64,000 bases of DNA from Spirochaetota bacterium (GCA_965277105.1 OZ255710.1:1359042-1423041), one strand, 5' to 3'; counted from the stretch's first letter, positions 19,654 to 31,835 are shown. Program-made: numbers and translations. Notes: generated by a model not told the origin, from the sequence alone.

Positions 19654-22270
19654 CTTTTTTAATTTTTTCCTTAAAAGCAACAAGCCAGTTTAAAGCAGCT
19701 AACGGGGTTAAATTATTGGTGTCTAATTCTTTGATTTCGTTTAAAAAATTATCTCGTTTTTGATTTTCTAAAAAATTATTTTCCTCATTTTCTTCAATGT
19801 TTTTCATTTGCTTAGTAACTATGGTAGCGTCATCTTTTCCCATTAAAATTTTAGCTAAAATCTTTTTCGCTAACGCGGTGACTCTCCAAGGAATTCCCGC
19901 TAACTCAGCCACGTAAATCCCATAGGATTTATTCGTCAAACCCTTTTCTACTTTTTTTAAAAAAATAATTTCTTTATGAGTTTCTTTGACAGCAACCGTG
20001 TAATTTTCAATTTTGGAATTCTCTTCAGCTAATTTGCCTAACTCGTGATAATGAGTAGCAAACAAAGTTTTAGTTTTTTTCCCTTCTTGATTAATAAAGT
20101 AATCAATAATACTCCCCGCAATCGCCAGCCCATCATAAGTGCTAGTACCCCGGCCAATTTCATCCATAATCACAAAGCTATCTTCGGTGCAGTACTGGAG
20201 AATAGTAGCGACTTCTTTCATTTCCACCATAAAAGTCGACTCCCCTTTAACTAGTTTATCTCCCGAACCAATTCTCGTAAAAATCCTATCAAAAATAGGA
20301 AGGGTAGCTGATGTAGCTGGGACAAAAGATCCCATTTGGGCTAAAATAACGATGAGAGCATTTTGTCGCAGAAAAGTTGACTTCCCGGCCATATTGGGGC
20401 CGGTAATGAGATGAAAATAATTATCATCACTCATCTTAAGTGAATTAGGAATAAAATCATTGTCCGCTAACTGCTCCACTACCGGGTGACGAGCATTTTG
20501 AATAACTAAAGAGCGACCTGCATTAAACTGCGGCCTAACATAATTCCATTTATTAGCCAAAAACGCTAAAGCAGAATAAAAATCTACTTGCGCTATTAGG
20601 GAACTCACTCGCGACAAAATAGCTTTTTGGTCTTTTAAGTCCTGGATTATTTGCTGATAAATAATAGTTTCTCGATTAATCATCAGCTCTTTAATGCGGA
20701 CAACCTCGCTTTCTAAACTAACCAACTCTTCACTAACAAACCGCTCCACGTTAACCAAAGATTGCTTTTTAATAAACGTCGGAGGAATTTTCGCCACATG
20801 ATTTTTGCTTACCTCGAAAAAAAAACCTAAATTACCGTTATACTTCACTTTTAAAGTACTCACCCCTACTTCTCGCTTAACTTTTTTTTCAATACTATTT
20901 AGTGCCGCTAAATTATTTTTTTCTTTTAAAGATAATTCTTTTAGTATCTGATCCACCTCGGGATTAATAACTCCTCCTTCTTTAAGGTCGCTGTTAGGAT
21001 TGGCTAGTAATTTTTTTTCTAAAGCTAAAAACAATTTTTCTTGCTTAAGGAAATCGGTGATGATATTTTTAAAATAAGGTATTTCTAAAAGGAAATAAAA
21101 TTCTCTATGAAAAAAATCAATAAGGGTTAAGGAAGTTTTAAGGTTTTTAATTAAACTAACCACCTGACGCGGAGTGATGGTGCTATTTTGAATTTTAACC
21201 ACCATCCTCTCCAAGTCAAAAATATTTTTTAAGCTATGACGAAAATCGAGAAGGCTTACTGGATTTTTTTTAAAAGCACTGATAATGTCTAACCTCTTTT
21301 CTATTTTATTTTTATCTTTCAGGGGCTTCGCTAAATTACGCTTAAAAAGACGCTCGCCCATAGCAGTTAAGGTATGGTTGATGCTATTGAAAAGAGTATA
21401 CTTCCCTAGTTCCTCATATTGGCTTTCAAATATTTCTAAATGCTTTAAAACGGTATAGTCCAATAGCAAAAAGTCATCTAAGTCAAGGTCAACTGGCTTT
21501 TTCAAAAAAAGAATATTTTCATAACCGTTTCGAATAATAAAACTAAAAAACAAATCGTAAATTTTCTGCAAAGGCAATTCAATAACTACTCCACTGGGAA
21601 AAATACTTTCCATCAAAGCATTTTTTTCACTTTCACTTATAGTTAAACTATTTAAAGAATTGACTAAAATCGTCGGGAAGTTGTCTTTTAAATCTAAAAG
21701 AAAATCATTAGGGGCATTGCCTTCGAGGAAGACGACTTCCTTAGGCTGGTAAGTGAGCAAGTAACTTTTTATCCTACTCTGCCACTCGTTTTTAACAACG
21801 CTGATAAAAACTTCTCCAGTAGAAATATCTAAATTAAAAAGCTGCAAACTTTTCTTTTGATTATTACTTGCCGTAGCAAAATAAAAAAACAGAATAAAAT
21901 TATTTTCTTTTTCTTTTAAAATATTTTCATCTAAAATCATTCCCGGAGATAAAATTTTAGTAACCTTACGAAGAATAATTTTTTCACCCTCACTTTGTTC
22001 CACATTAGCAATTTGCTCAGCAATGGCAATTTTTTTACCTTGATGGATAATTTTATAGGCGTAGTTATGAAACTGATGATGAGGGATTCCACACATGGCT
22101 ACTCCATTTCTTTGAGTTAAAAGAATAGACAACAGCTTAGAGGCCTTCTTAGCATCTTCATCGAAAAGCTCGTAAAAATCACCTAGCCGGAAAAAAAGAA
22201 ATTTATCTTGATGCTGATTTTTTAACTCGTAATACTGTTTCATCATAGGGGTCATAGTTTCTTTTGCCAT
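19646..22270 (-). CDS. mutS: DNA mismatch repair protein MutS
   Basis: 874 aa; N-terminal TPMMKQY...FYELF, Walker A GPNMAGKSTFLRQ, and DEIGRGTSTYDG. Confidence 0.95.
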   Translation of the reverse strand: MAKETMTPMMKQYYELKNQHQDKFLFFRLGDFYELFDEDAKKASKLLSILLTQRNGVAMCGIPHHQFHNYAYKIIHQGKKIAIAEQIANVEQSEGEKIILRKVTKILSPGMILDENILKEKENNFILFFYFATASNNQKKSLQLFNLDISTGEVFISVVKNEWQSRIKSYLLTYQPKEVVFLEGNAPNDFLLDLKDNFPTILVNSLNSLTISESEKNALMESIFPSGVVIELPLQKIYDLFFSFIIRNGYENILFLKKPVDLDLDDFLLLDYTVLKHLEIFESQYEELGKYTLFNSINHTLTAMGERLFKRNLAKPLKDKNKIEKRLDIISAFKKNPVSLLDFRHSLKNIFDLERMVVKIQNSTITPRQVVSLIKNLKTSLTLIDFFHREFYFLLEIPYFKNIITDFLKQEKLFLALEKKLLANPNSDLKEGGVINPEVDQILKELSLKEKNNLAALNSIEKKVKREVGVSTLKVKYNGNLGFFFEVSKNHVAKIPPTFIKKQSLVNVERFVSEELVSLESEVVRIKELMINRETIIYQQIIQDLKDQKAILSRVSSLIAQVDFYSALAFLANKWNYVRPQFNAGRSLVIQNARHPVVEQLADNDFIPNSLKMSDDNYFHLITGPNMAGKSTFLRQNALIVILAQMGSFVPATSATLPIFDRIFTRIGSGDKLVKGESTFMVEMKEVATILQYCTEDSFVIMDEIGRGTSTYDGLAIAGSIIDYFINQEGKKTKTLFATHYHELGKLAEENSKIENYTVAVKETHKEIIFLKKVEKGLTNKSYGIYVAELAGIPWRVTALAKKILAKILMGKDDATIVTKQMKNIEENEENNFLENQKRDNFLNEIKELDTNNLTPLAALNWLVAFKEKIKKDE

Positions 22271-22285
22271 TTTTCTATTTTATTT

Positions 22286-23218
22286 TTATTTATACGCGCT
22301 AAGGTAAAAGCGATAGGGGTAAGGGTAGCCCTCTATAGTTTTTTGGTTGTCTTGAACTCCTTCTAACAAACTAGAAGCATTAGCCCAGCTGGTCTTTCTT
22401 TGCTCTTGAAAAGACAAAGGCTCTTCATAAAAAACATCTATCTCTTTAAACCCAATTCTTTTTAACCAATTTTTCAAACAATCAACACTAGGAAGAAACC
22501 AAAAGTTATTTTTCCCTAAATACTTATCTTCAGGGAATAGGCAAAAGCTATCATCGCTTTTAATACCTTGAGAATCAATTATTACCATCCCTCCTTTTCT
22601 TAAACTCCGAAATATTTGCTTTAAAATCCCCAAAGGATCTGGATGATGATAAAGTATACCTAAGCATAAAACCACGTCGAAAACATCATCGAAAAAAAAT
22701 AAGTCCTGATGACCTAGCAAGCTAAAATCAATTATCGTGCTATTAAAAAATTGATTTAATAATAAAAACTGCAAATAAAAAATAGCCACCGGATCTAATC
22801 CTATAACAAAACTAGGATTTAACGGCAAAAGACGAAACATAAAATAACCATTATTACAACCAAGATCAAGAACAACTTTTCCTTCTACATTAGCTAATTT
22901 TTTTTTTATCCTCTGCCACTTAAAATGCGAATTCCATTCACTGGTAATATTATGCGGGGTTAGTAAATAAGGGCCTTTTCGCCAAGGAGAAAATTCTAGC
23001 AAGAGATCACTAAAACTAGGCTGTGAAAAAATTTCGTTTTTTAACTCTACCAAATCATCGTGATAAAGCACTTCGGTAGGACTATTCGGCAAGCTAATGA
23101 TTTTTTGATAAAGGGGAGAAAAAGAATTATTTGAGGTTATTTTTGAAAAAAAAGCAAGGTGTTTTTTTTCTAGAAACGTGTGAGTTTTTTCCTTGATAAT
23201 TAAGTCAGTTATTTTCAC
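22286..23218 (-). CDS. cmoB: tRNA U34 carboxymethyltransferase
   Basis: 310 aa; SPWRKGPY motif and SAM-methyltransferase fold (LDLGCNNGY). GTG start. Confidence 0.75.
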   Translation of the reverse strand: MKITDLIIKEKTHTFLEKKHLAFFSKITSNNSFSPLYQKIISLPNSPTEVLYHDDLVELKNEIFSQPSFSDLLLEFSPWRKGPYLLTPHNITSEWNSHFKWQRIKKKLANVEGKVVLDLGCNNGYFMFRLLPLNPSFVIGLDPVAIFYLQFLLLNQFFNSTIIDFSLLGHQDLFFFDDVFDVVLCLGILYHHPDPLGILKQIFRSLRKGGMVIIDSQGIKSDDSFCLFPEDKYLGKNNFWFLPSVDCLKNWLKRIGFKEIDVFYEEPLSFQEQRKTSWANASSLLEGVQDNQKTIEGYPYPYRFYLSAYK

Positions 23219-23263
23219 TAACGGAAGGAAACACCAAATAAAAATTATTTAAACTGGGCTTAC

Positions 23264-24073
23264 TTAAGAGAATTCATTTAATCTAAAGTCGTTTAAAATA
23301 TCATTGCTCCTAGTTGACAAAACATTTAAATAATCATCAACAAAATAAGTTGTCCCTAAATAAGGAACTTTTTTATAAAAAACTTTCTTTTTATCAAAAA
23401 GGTTTTTTTCTAAAAAAAAGATTAATTTTTTCACTTTCTTAAAAAAAAGAATAACTTGTTTAAAAACATTTATTTTTGCTTTTTCATTTTCAATTTCATT
23501 GTTTTCATAAATTTCTAAAATAAAGCGAAAAGAATTAAACGCCAGCGGTAAGTTATGACTTTTTCTAACGTACCCTAAATTATCCAACTCCACTAGCATT
23601 TCATCATAGTTGCTACCCAAACCTATTTGACCAAAGACGTCTTTTAACTTCTTTAATCCAACAACAAAGTTTTTTCTAAAATCAATCAAAGCGCCTAGTA
23701 ATCTTTCTGCTTCTTCAGTAGCATTTTTATGAATCTTTACCCTTTCGTATTTTTTAATATTTTCACTTATTCTCTTATAAATATCTTCAATGACATCTTC
23801 TTCTTGTTCTTGTTCTTCTTGTTCTTCAGCTACTTGATTTTTTTTTTCTTGCTCTACTTTTATTTTATTAAGGAATTGATCAATTGCCTCGTTTTCTACT
23901 TCAAAGAAAATCGCCATATTAATTTTTTTTTTTTGTGCTTCTAAATACCTTTTCTTAAAATTTTCAAAAGGCAGATCTTTTTTTAAAAAAGGGAACTGCT
24001 GGACAAAAGCATACTTTTCCTTAATCAAAGAAAATGCTTTTTTCTCTTCTTTTCTAGAAAAATCAAAAAACAT
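23264..24073 (-). CDS. Hypothetical protein with acidic EEQEEQEQEED tract, 9 nt downstream of rpoC
   Basis: 269-aa ORF, K/E-rich and helical-looking. No family recognised. Its ATG lies 9 nt after the rpoC stop. Confidence 0.5.
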   Translation of the reverse strand: MFFDFSRKEEKKAFSLIKEKYAFVQQFPFLKKDLPFENFKKRYLEAQKKKINMAIFFEVENEAIDQFLNKIKVEQEKKNQVAEEQEEQEQEEDVIEDIYKRISENIKKYERVKIHKNATEEAERLLGALIDFRKNFVVGLKKLKDVFGQIGLGSNYDEMLVELDNLGYVRKSHNLPLAFNSFRFILEIYENNEIENEKAKINVFKQVILFFKKVKKLIFFLEKNLFDKKKVFYKKVPYLGTTYFVDDYLNVLSTRSNDILNDFRLNEFS

Positions 24074-24082
24074 CTGGAAAGT

Positions 24083-27000
24083 TTAAACTTTACCAAATAA
24101 ATAATCTAAATCTCCTGGAATTTCTTTGTAAATATTAACATCTTCGTAATGCTCATTACCAGTTCCGGCTGGAATTTTCTGCCCGATAATAACATTTTCT
24201 TTTAAGCCACGCAGATCATCAGTAGAATTTTTTATGGCAGCGTTGGTTAAGATTTTCGTTGTTTCTTGGAAAGCAGCAGAAGAGATAAAACTCTCAGTAT
24301 TTAAAGATGCTTTAGTAAGCCCCAATAAAACACTCCTAACCGTTGCCGGCTGACCACCTTCTTCGGCTACTTCTTTATTTTCTTTCCTAATTTTGTATTT
24401 ATCGACAATTTCTCCCTTAATATGATCGCCATCTCCTGGATCTACTACTTCTACTTTTCGAAGCATCTGCCGAACAATAACCCCAATATGCTTATCGTTG
24501 ATATCCACTCCTTGTTTTTTATAAACCTCTTGAACCTTATTTAGAATAAATCGATAAAGCTCGATCTCCCCACTTACTCGAAGGATATCATGAGGATTAA
24601 TTTGTCCTTCACAAAGTGGCTCTCCCGCTTTGACAAAATCATCAGTCCTTACCAAAATTGCTTTTACCGATGGGATGACGTGATTAATCTCATCACCAAA
24701 TTCGTTAATTACTTTAACCGATCTCTTCCCTTTAACCACTTCACCTAACTCCACTCTTCCATCAATCTCAGCAATAACGGCTGAATTTAGCGGGACTCTC
24801 GCTTCAAACAACTCCTGCACTCGGGGAAGACCTCCGGTAATGTCAATAGTCTTTTGGAAGGTTCTTATCCGCCCCGACAACATATCTCCTACATTTACTT
24901 TCTGACCATCTTTAACCGACAAAGTCGAAGAAACCGGCACATCAATTTCACTAGCATCACCTTCATCGGGGACAATGATTAATTTTGGTTGCAACTTTTC
25001 TTCTTTTGATTCGATAATTTTATTATTAATTGTACCGGTTAATTCATCTATTTCTTCTTTAACGGTTTTACCTAAAACTATATCTTGATAACGCACAGTT
25101 CCCTTAATCTCAGCTATTATCGGCTCAATAATATTATCGAAGTTATAAATAATTTCTTTTTCTTTAACAAACTCCCCTTCTTCTTTTTCAAAAGTGGCCC
25201 CAATTTCAACTGGGTGCTGGTAAGGATTTAGTATCTGAAGAAGTAGATTATTTTTCTTGTCAATCATCATAACTCCAGATTTTTTACAAGAAACTTCACC
25301 GCCTTTTTTATCAATGGCAATGACCGTATTGAGCTTGACAAATTGCTCGTTCTCTACTTTTACTTCTTTAAGGTTATCTATTTTCCAAGAGCTATAAACG
25401 CCAGCTAAGGTAATGAAAACCCTCCGCGTGGCCATTAGTTTGTTATCGGAGTTGGTAATCAAATTTTCTGGGAGTTTAACAATAACCAAATCACTCGGAG
25501 CTTTAAAATAAGGCTCTCTTACTTCCGAAGAGGCAGTTCCTCCGATATGGAAAGTTCTCATAGTTAACTGAGTCCCTGGTTGTCCAATAGATTGAGAAGC
25601 AATAATTCCTACTGGTTCGCCAATATCTACCAAGTTTCTGTTCGCTAAATTTACCCCATAACATTTTTGGCAAACCCCTCGCTCAGCGTCACAAGTAACC
25701 ACAGTATAAATCGTAACTTTTTCTATTTCTAATTCATCTATTTTTTCCGCGATTTCTTCAGTAATTAGACTCCCTGCTTTAAGAAGCACTTCTTCAGTAA
25801 AAGGATTAACAATGTCTTCTAAAGTAAAACGGCCAACCACTCTTTCTGAAAGTTTTTCAATAATTTCGTTCCCTAGTTTAATAGGATAAACATCAATCCC
25901 CTTAATGGTATTGCAATCAAGGGAGGTAATAATAACATCTTGAGTAATATCAACTAATTTTCTAGTCAAATAACCAGCATCCGCGGTTTTTAAAGCAGTA
26001 TCAGAAAGACCTTTACGAGCACCATGCGTAGAAATAAAATATTCAATAACGTTTAGTCCCTCTTTGAAGTTAGAGATAATGGGCATGTCAATAATGTCTC
26101 CCGTAGGTTTAGCCATCAGACCCCGCATCCCAGCTAATTGACGGACTTGCTGTTTGCTCCCTCTAGCCCCGGATTTAGCCATAATGTAGAGCGTATTGAA
26201 ACCATCTTCGGCAAGCTCTAAGTTGTTCATCATTTTATTGGTAATTTGATCGTTAGCATAACTCCAAAGCGAGATGTTTTTTTGATAGCGTTCTTCATCG
26301 GAGATAATCCCATTTTGATAATTATCGCTATTTTTCTTGGCTTCGTTCATGGTCTCTTCGATAATCTCATTTTTTTCATTAGGGATTAAAATATCTTCTA
26401 CCGAAATGGTATTAGCAAACAAAGTGGAATAGTGAAAACCAATTTCTTTCAACTTATCAAGCATTTTAACTGTCTCGAAATTACCACATTTTTTATTGAT
26501 GTCGTTAATCAAGTTATTCAAAGTTTCATCATCTAAAACTTCATTAACAATTTTAAGCGGGTAGCTTTCCGGGATAATTTCTGAAAAAATTAACCTTCCT
26601 AAAGTAGACTCAACTAATGTATTCGTTTTTTCATCTAGAACTTTGATACTCGCTTGAATTTCTAACTCCCCTATTTCATTAGCTTTTTTTGCTTCTATTA
26701 GATTCGCAAAAACCTTACCCGTTCCTTTAGCATTAGGCTTGACTAAACTTAAGTTATAAATCCCTAGAATCATATCTTGGGTAGGGTTGGTAATGGTTTT
26801 TCCATTAGCCGGATCTAGTAAGTTGTGCGGAGCTAGCATTAAAGTCCAGGCTTCTATTTGAGCACCGACACTTAAAGGTAAATGCACAGCCATCTGGTCA
26901 CCATCAAAATCAGCATTATAAGCAGAACAAACCAAAGGGTGAAGCCGAATAGCTTTCCCATCGCTGAGCTTAGGCTTGAATGCCTGCATCCCTAATCTAT

Positions 27001-28252
27001 GGAGGGTAGGCGCCCGATTAAGGATAACCGGATGATCTTCCATCACTTCTTCTAAAACTTTCCAAACTTCGGGATATTCTTTATCAATTAATTTTTTAGC
27101 ACTTTTGACATTGTAGGCTAATTTTTTCTTCACGAGTTTATTCATTAAAAAAGGACGAGCAAGCTCTAAGGCCATTTTCTTCGGAATAGCACACTCATGG
27201 AGTTTCAATTCAGGGCCCACCACAATGACCGATCTAGCGGAAAAATCTACCCTTTTCCCTAATAAGTTTTGCCTAAATCTTCCTTGCTTTCCTTTAAGCA
27301 CATCGGACAAAGATTTCAAAGGGCGATTACCAGTTCCCTTAACCGTTCTTTTCCTCCTAGAATTATCATACAAGGCATCTACTGCTTCTTGGAGCATTCT
27401 CTTTTCGTTTTTGACAATTATATCGGGAGCTTTTAAGGCTATAAGTTTATTTAATCGATTGTTTCGGTTAATAAGTCTTCTGTATAAGTCATTTAAATCA
27501 GAAGTCGCAAATCTCCCCCCTTCTAGTTGCACCATCGGCCTTAGTTCTGGAGGAATAACCGGAATGATAGTATTAACCATCCACTCTGGTTTGTTGGAAG
27601 AGTTGAGAAAATCTTCTAAAAGATTAAGCCTCATCATTTTTCTCTTATCAAAGGCTTTAGATTTAGCCATCTTTTTTCTTAGGGCAAAAGCCTCGGCTTC
27701 TAAATCAAGGTCCGCTAGCATTTCTCTTAAAACTTCAGCACCAATACCAGCTTTAAAAGCATCACCATACTTATCCAAATAATCGTGATATTCTTCTTCG
27801 GTAATGAGCATGTTTTTCTTCAATTCGGGAACATCTCCTGGGTCAGTAATGATGTATTTTTCGTAATAAATAATGGATTTTAAAACTAAAATGGAAAAAT
27901 CTAATAGGAGTCCAATTCGCGAAGGCACTGATTTATAAAACCAAATATGAATAACTGGCGAGGCTAATTGAATATGCCCCATCCTTTCTCTTCTTACTTT
28001 AGAGTGGGTGATTTCCACCCCGCATTTATCACAGATAACTTTTTTATAGCGGATGCCTTTATATTTCCCGCAAAAACACTCCCAATCCTTAGTGGTTCCG
28101 AATATTTTTTCACAAAAAAGCCCACCTTTTTCTGGCCTTAATGTACGGTAATTAATCGTTTCCGGTTTTAAAACTTCACCATAAGACCAATCTAAAATTT
28201 TCTCGGGGGACGCTAGTCCTATTTGAATTTTTTTATATTTATTTTTTTCCAT
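24083..28252 (-). CDS. rpoC: DNA-directed RNA polymerase subunit beta'
   Basis: 1389 aa; N-terminal Zn finger CFCGKY...CDKCG and catalytic NADFDGDQM. Confidence 0.98.
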   Translation of the reverse strand: MEKNKYKKIQIGLASPEKILDWSYGEVLKPETINYRTLRPEKGGLFCEKIFGTTKDWECFCGKYKGIRYKKVICDKCGVEITHSKVRRERMGHIQLASPVIHIWFYKSVPSRIGLLLDFSILVLKSIIYYEKYIITDPGDVPELKKNMLITEEEYHDYLDKYGDAFKAGIGAEVLREMLADLDLEAEAFALRKKMAKSKAFDKRKMMRLNLLEDFLNSSNKPEWMVNTIIPVIPPELRPMVQLEGGRFATSDLNDLYRRLINRNNRLNKLIALKAPDIIVKNEKRMLQEAVDALYDNSRRKRTVKGTGNRPLKSLSDVLKGKQGRFRQNLLGKRVDFSARSVIVVGPELKLHECAIPKKMALELARPFLMNKLVKKKLAYNVKSAKKLIDKEYPEVWKVLEEVMEDHPVILNRAPTLHRLGMQAFKPKLSDGKAIRLHPLVCSAYNADFDGDQMAVHLPLSVGAQIEAWTLMLAPHNLLDPANGKTITNPTQDMILGIYNLSLVKPNAKGTGKVFANLIEAKKANEIGELEIQASIKVLDEKTNTLVESTLGRLIFSEIIPESYPLKIVNEVLDDETLNNLINDINKKCGNFETVKMLDKLKEIGFHYSTLFANTISVEDILIPNEKNEIIEETMNEAKKNSDNYQNGIISDEERYQKNISLWSYANDQITNKMMNNLELAEDGFNTLYIMAKSGARGSKQQVRQLAGMRGLMAKPTGDIIDMPIISNFKEGLNVIEYFISTHGARKGLSDTALKTADAGYLTRKLVDITQDVIITSLDCNTIKGIDVYPIKLGNEIIEKLSERVVGRFTLEDIVNPFTEEVLLKAGSLITEEIAEKIDELEIEKVTIYTVVTCDAERGVCQKCYGVNLANRNLVDIGEPVGIIASQSIGQPGTQLTMRTFHIGGTASSEVREPYFKAPSDLVIVKLPENLITNSDNKLMATRRVFITLAGVYSSWKIDNLKEVKVENEQFVKLNTVIAIDKKGGEVSCKKSGVMMIDKKNNLLLQILNPYQHPVEIGATFEKEEGEFVKEKEIIYNFDNIIEPIIAEIKGTVRYQDIVLGKTVKEEIDELTGTINNKIIESKEEKLQPKLIIVPDEGDASEIDVPVSSTLSVKDGQKVNVGDMLSGRIRTFQKTIDITGGLPRVQELFEARVPLNSAVIAEIDGRVELGEVVKGKRSVKVINEFGDEINHVIPSVKAILVRTDDFVKAGEPLCEGQINPHDILRVSGEIELYRFILNKVQEVYKKQGVDINDKHIGVIVRQMLRKVEVVDPGDGDHIKGEIVDKYKIRKENKEVAEEGGQPATVRSVLLGLTKASLNTESFISSAAFQETTKILTNAAIKNSTDDLRGLKENVIIGQKIPAGTGNEHYEDVNIYKEIPGDLDYLFGKV

Positions 28253-28269
28253 TTTGCTAAAAATCCTTA

Positions 28270-31200
28270 TTAAAAAAGAACCTTGTTTTTAGTGGGGAAG
28301 ATATCTACTTCCCTATCTTCATTATCATAAATTCGAATATCAATACAAAGGCCTCGTAGTTCATGAACTAAAACATTAAACGACTCGGGAATACCCGGAG
28401 TAGAAACAAAATCCCCTTTGACAATCGACTCATATACCTTAGTCCTTCCTTCAATGGCGTCGGACTTTACGGTTAAAAATTCCTGCAAAATATTGGAGGC
28501 CCCATAAGCTTCGATAGCCCACACTTCCATTTCTCCAACTCGCTGCCCCCCAAACTGGGCTTTTCCCCCTAGAGGCTGCTGAGTAATAAGAGAGTAAGGG
28601 CCGGTAGATCTAGCATGAAGTTTGTCATCAGCTAAATGGGATAGTTTTAAATAATACATAATTCCCACGGTTACGTCATTCAAAAATCTCTCTCCAGTTC
28701 TACCATCATAAAGCGGGACTTTCCCATTTTCATTAAACCCATCTTTTTTGAGAATATTTTTAATGCCATCGTAATTCAAACCATCAAAAATAGGGATGGC
28801 CACCTTAGCATTTGCTTTTTCGGCTAAAAGACCAGTAATGAGCTCCATCACCTGTCCGATATTCATCCGAGAAGGAACCCCCAAAGGATTTAATACAATA
28901 TCAACTGGACGACCATCTTCCATAAAAGGCATATCTTCTACTGGTAAAATCTTAGCCACCACGCCCTTATTCCCATGTCGACCAGCAAATTTATCGCCTT
29001 CTTTTAGCTTTCTTTTTTTAGCTAAAAGGACTTTAATTTTTTCAATTACCCCTGGCTTTAAATCAAAATCATTTTCTCGGTTATACCTTTTAACACCTAT
29101 AACCACTCCCTCGGTCCCGTGGGGAACCCTTAGAGAAGTATCTTTAACGTCTTTAGCTTTTTCCCCAAAAATTGAATAAAGCAGTTTAAACTCTGGGGTA
29201 ACTTCTGAATGACTTTTAGGAGTGGCTTTCCCAACTAAAATATTCCCGGTCTTAACATACGAACCGATATGAACAATTCCTTCATTATCTAATTCACGAT
29301 ATTCCTCTTCAGCTAAGTTGGGGACATCTCGAGTGATCTCTTCTTTTCCTAGCTTGGTTTCTCTAGCTTCAATTTCAAACTCTTCTATATTAATCGAAGT
29401 ATAGACATCATCTTTAACCAGCCTTTCGGACATCAAAATAGCATCCTCAAAATTATACCCCTCCCAGCACATAAAAGCAACTAAAACGTTTTTCCCTAAA
29501 GCAAGCTCTCCATTGTCAATGCAAGGGCCAGAAGAAAGTACTTGATTTTTTTTGATTTTCTCTCCTTCCTTAACTATCGGTCTTTGGTTGTAATAAACGC
29601 CCTGGTTAGTTTTATAAGACTTGATTAAATCGTAATTATCAATTAAACCATCGCTATTTTTTATTTCAACTTTTTGATTATCCACGTAATTCACCACTCC
29701 AGGATTTTTCGCTAAGGCGCAAAATCCCGATTCACTAGCGATTTTTTTCTCTATCCCCGTCCCAACGATAGGGGCTTCGGGGATGAGCAAAGGGACTGAT
29801 TGCCGCATCATATTGCAACCCATTAACGCCCTATTAGCATCATCATGCTCTAAATAAGGAATAAGGCAAGCAGAAAGCGATAGAGTCTGTTTAGTCGAAA
29901 CATCCATATAGGCAACTAAGTCGGCAGATTCTAGGGTGTAATTTCCTTTTTTGCGAACCGCTACCACTTCTTCAGCAATTTTTCCATTTTTAACAACTGC
30001 ATCAGAAGAACAGATAATAAAATTTTCTTCTTCAATAGCCGATAAGTAATGAATTTTCCCCGTTAGTTTTCTATTCTTAACCTCATAATAAGGGGTTTCA
30101 ATAAAGCCATATTTGTTAATCTCGGCGTAGCAAGCAATAGAGACAATCAAACCAATATTCGGACCTTCTGGGGTTTCGATAGGACAAATTCTCCCATAGT
30201 GAGTGTAATGAATATCTCGCACTTCAAAACCAGCCCTTTCTCTAGTAAGACCACCCGGGCCTAAAGAGCTAATCCTTCTTTTATGAGTAATAGCCGAAAG
30301 TGGGTTAGTTTGATCCATAAACTGAGAAAGCTGAGATATTCCAAAAAATTCATTTAAACCAGAACTAATTGGCTTAATAGATATGAGCGATTGCGGAGTT
30401 AATCCCTCTTGTTCTTCTACTGACATCCTTTCTTTTGCTAGTTTTTTAAGCCTAGCGAACGAAGATTTTAGATGATCCACTAACTGCTCTCCCGAGCGCT
30501 TAATTCTTCTATTCCCCAAATGATCAATGTCATCAACGGGATAAACCGCGTATTTTACTTGGAGCAAATACTTGACAGTGCTAATTATATCTATAACTTC
30601 TAAACTCTCGCTTTTAATATCTTCTTGGTAATTAAATTTTTTATTTATCTTAAAACGTCCGACTAGTCCCATAAGGTAGTACTCGGAGTTAAAGAAAACC
30701 GATTTATCAATCCGATTAAAACTAATTTTACTTCCTGAGCATTCAGGAGGGATATTATTTTCCGTGAACTTTTTGCCACATTCTACGCATTCATAGCGAA
30801 CCACGATTTCATTAAGGGCTGCTTCTTGGTTGGGGGCTTGGATACCACGAATAATGTAATAAAAATATTTACAAGCCTCTACCTGGCTCGTTTCTTCATT
30901 GTCTTTGTCTAAAGTATTAAAAATTTCTTGAAAACCAACTGCTTTATCATCAACAATAACCACTTCTTCTATACTAGTTTCACTAATAAAACTGATATGC
31001 TTATCGTTAATGAGAGAACCAGCTTTTATTTTCACCTCGCCTTTTTCGTCTTTAATGTCTTTAAACAGTCGCTGATTTAAGATCGTTTCTTTTAAATCGT
31101 CTTTATGCTTACTGACATTGATAGTAATTCCTTCAAGGCCGAAAGCCTCTAAAATGGCCTCGTTTTTTTCAAACCCAAGCGCTCGCATTAAGAGAGTTAC

Positions 31201-31815
31201 CAGCACCCTAGCTTTGCGATCAATTCGCACATAAACAACATCTCGAACAATTTCAAATTCAATCCAGGGGCCTTTTTCAGGGATAAGCCTAGAGTGATAA
31301 ATATTGGAGCGAGTATTAAAATCAAAAACAACTCCCGGGCTTCTTTTAATTTGCGAGACCACGGCCCTTTCATCACCATTGATAACAAAAGTACCATCGT
31401 TAGTCATATAAGGGAAATCGCAGATAAAAATTTCCTGCTCTTTTATCTCTCCAGTGTTTTCGAAAACAAAACGGATAACCGCTCTAACAGGGACAACATA
31501 ACTTTTATCGCGCAAAATTGCTTCTCTACGCGAGTAAGGCTTTTCTCCTACAGTATAATGGCTAAACTCTACTTTGATTTTTCCATCATTAGAGTAAAAA
31601 GGAGAAATAGAATTAAATAAATATTGCAATCCTACATTTTTTCTTTTTTTAGGGTCGACATTTTCTTGAAAAAAGAAATCAAAACCATCTTTCTGCAGGT
31701 CATTTAGATGAGGAAATTTAAAGTCCGAACTTTCAGCTTCCGAAAGGCTGTAACGCCCTGATTCCGTTTTTTTAAAATTTGTTATAATACTTTTAGTCTC
31801 TTTAGAATTTTTCAT
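28270..31815 (-). CDS. rpoB: DNA-directed RNA polymerase subunit beta
   Basis: 1181 aa; Rif-cluster region SQLSQFMDQTNPLSAITHKRRISSLGPGGL, and GGQRVGEMEVWA. Confidence 0.98.
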   Translation of the reverse strand: MKNSKETKSIITNFKKTESGRYSLSEAESSDFKFPHLNDLQKDGFDFFFQENVDPKKRKNVGLQYLFNSISPFYSNDGKIKVEFSHYTVGEKPYSRREAILRDKSYVVPVRAVIRFVFENTGEIKEQEIFICDFPYMTNDGTFVINGDERAVVSQIKRSPGVVFDFNTRSNIYHSRLIPEKGPWIEFEIVRDVVYVRIDRKARVLVTLLMRALGFEKNEAILEAFGLEGITINVSKHKDDLKETILNQRLFKDIKDEKGEVKIKAGSLINDKHISFISETSIEEVVIVDDKAVGFQEIFNTLDKDNEETSQVEACKYFYYIIRGIQAPNQEAALNEIVVRYECVECGKKFTENNIPPECSGSKISFNRIDKSVFFNSEYYLMGLVGRFKINKKFNYQEDIKSESLEVIDIISTVKYLLQVKYAVYPVDDIDHLGNRRIKRSGEQLVDHLKSSFARLKKLAKERMSVEEQEGLTPQSLISIKPISSGLNEFFGISQLSQFMDQTNPLSAITHKRRISSLGPGGLTRERAGFEVRDIHYTHYGRICPIETPEGPNIGLIVSIACYAEINKYGFIETPYYEVKNRKLTGKIHYLSAIEEENFIICSSDAVVKNGKIAEEVVAVRKKGNYTLESADLVAYMDVSTKQTLSLSACLIPYLEHDDANRALMGCNMMRQSVPLLIPEAPIVGTGIEKKIASESGFCALAKNPGVVNYVDNQKVEIKNSDGLIDNYDLIKSYKTNQGVYYNQRPIVKEGEKIKKNQVLSSGPCIDNGELALGKNVLVAFMCWEGYNFEDAILMSERLVKDDVYTSINIEEFEIEARETKLGKEEITRDVPNLAEEEYRELDNEGIVHIGSYVKTGNILVGKATPKSHSEVTPEFKLLYSIFGEKAKDVKDTSLRVPHGTEGVVIGVKRYNRENDFDLKPGVIEKIKVLLAKKRKLKEGDKFAGRHGNKGVVAKILPVEDMPFMEDGRPVDIVLNPLGVPSRMNIGQVMELITGLLAEKANAKVAIPIFDGLNYDGIKNILKKDGFNENGKVPLYDGRTGERFLNDVTVGIMYYLKLSHLADDKLHARSTGPYSLITQQPLGGKAQFGGQRVGEMEVWAIEAYGASNILQEFLTVKSDAIEGRTKVYESIVKGDFVSTPGIPESFNVLVHELRGLCIDIRIYDNEDREVDIFPTKNKVLF

Positions 31816-31835
31816 GCAAATTTAACCTGTATAAA

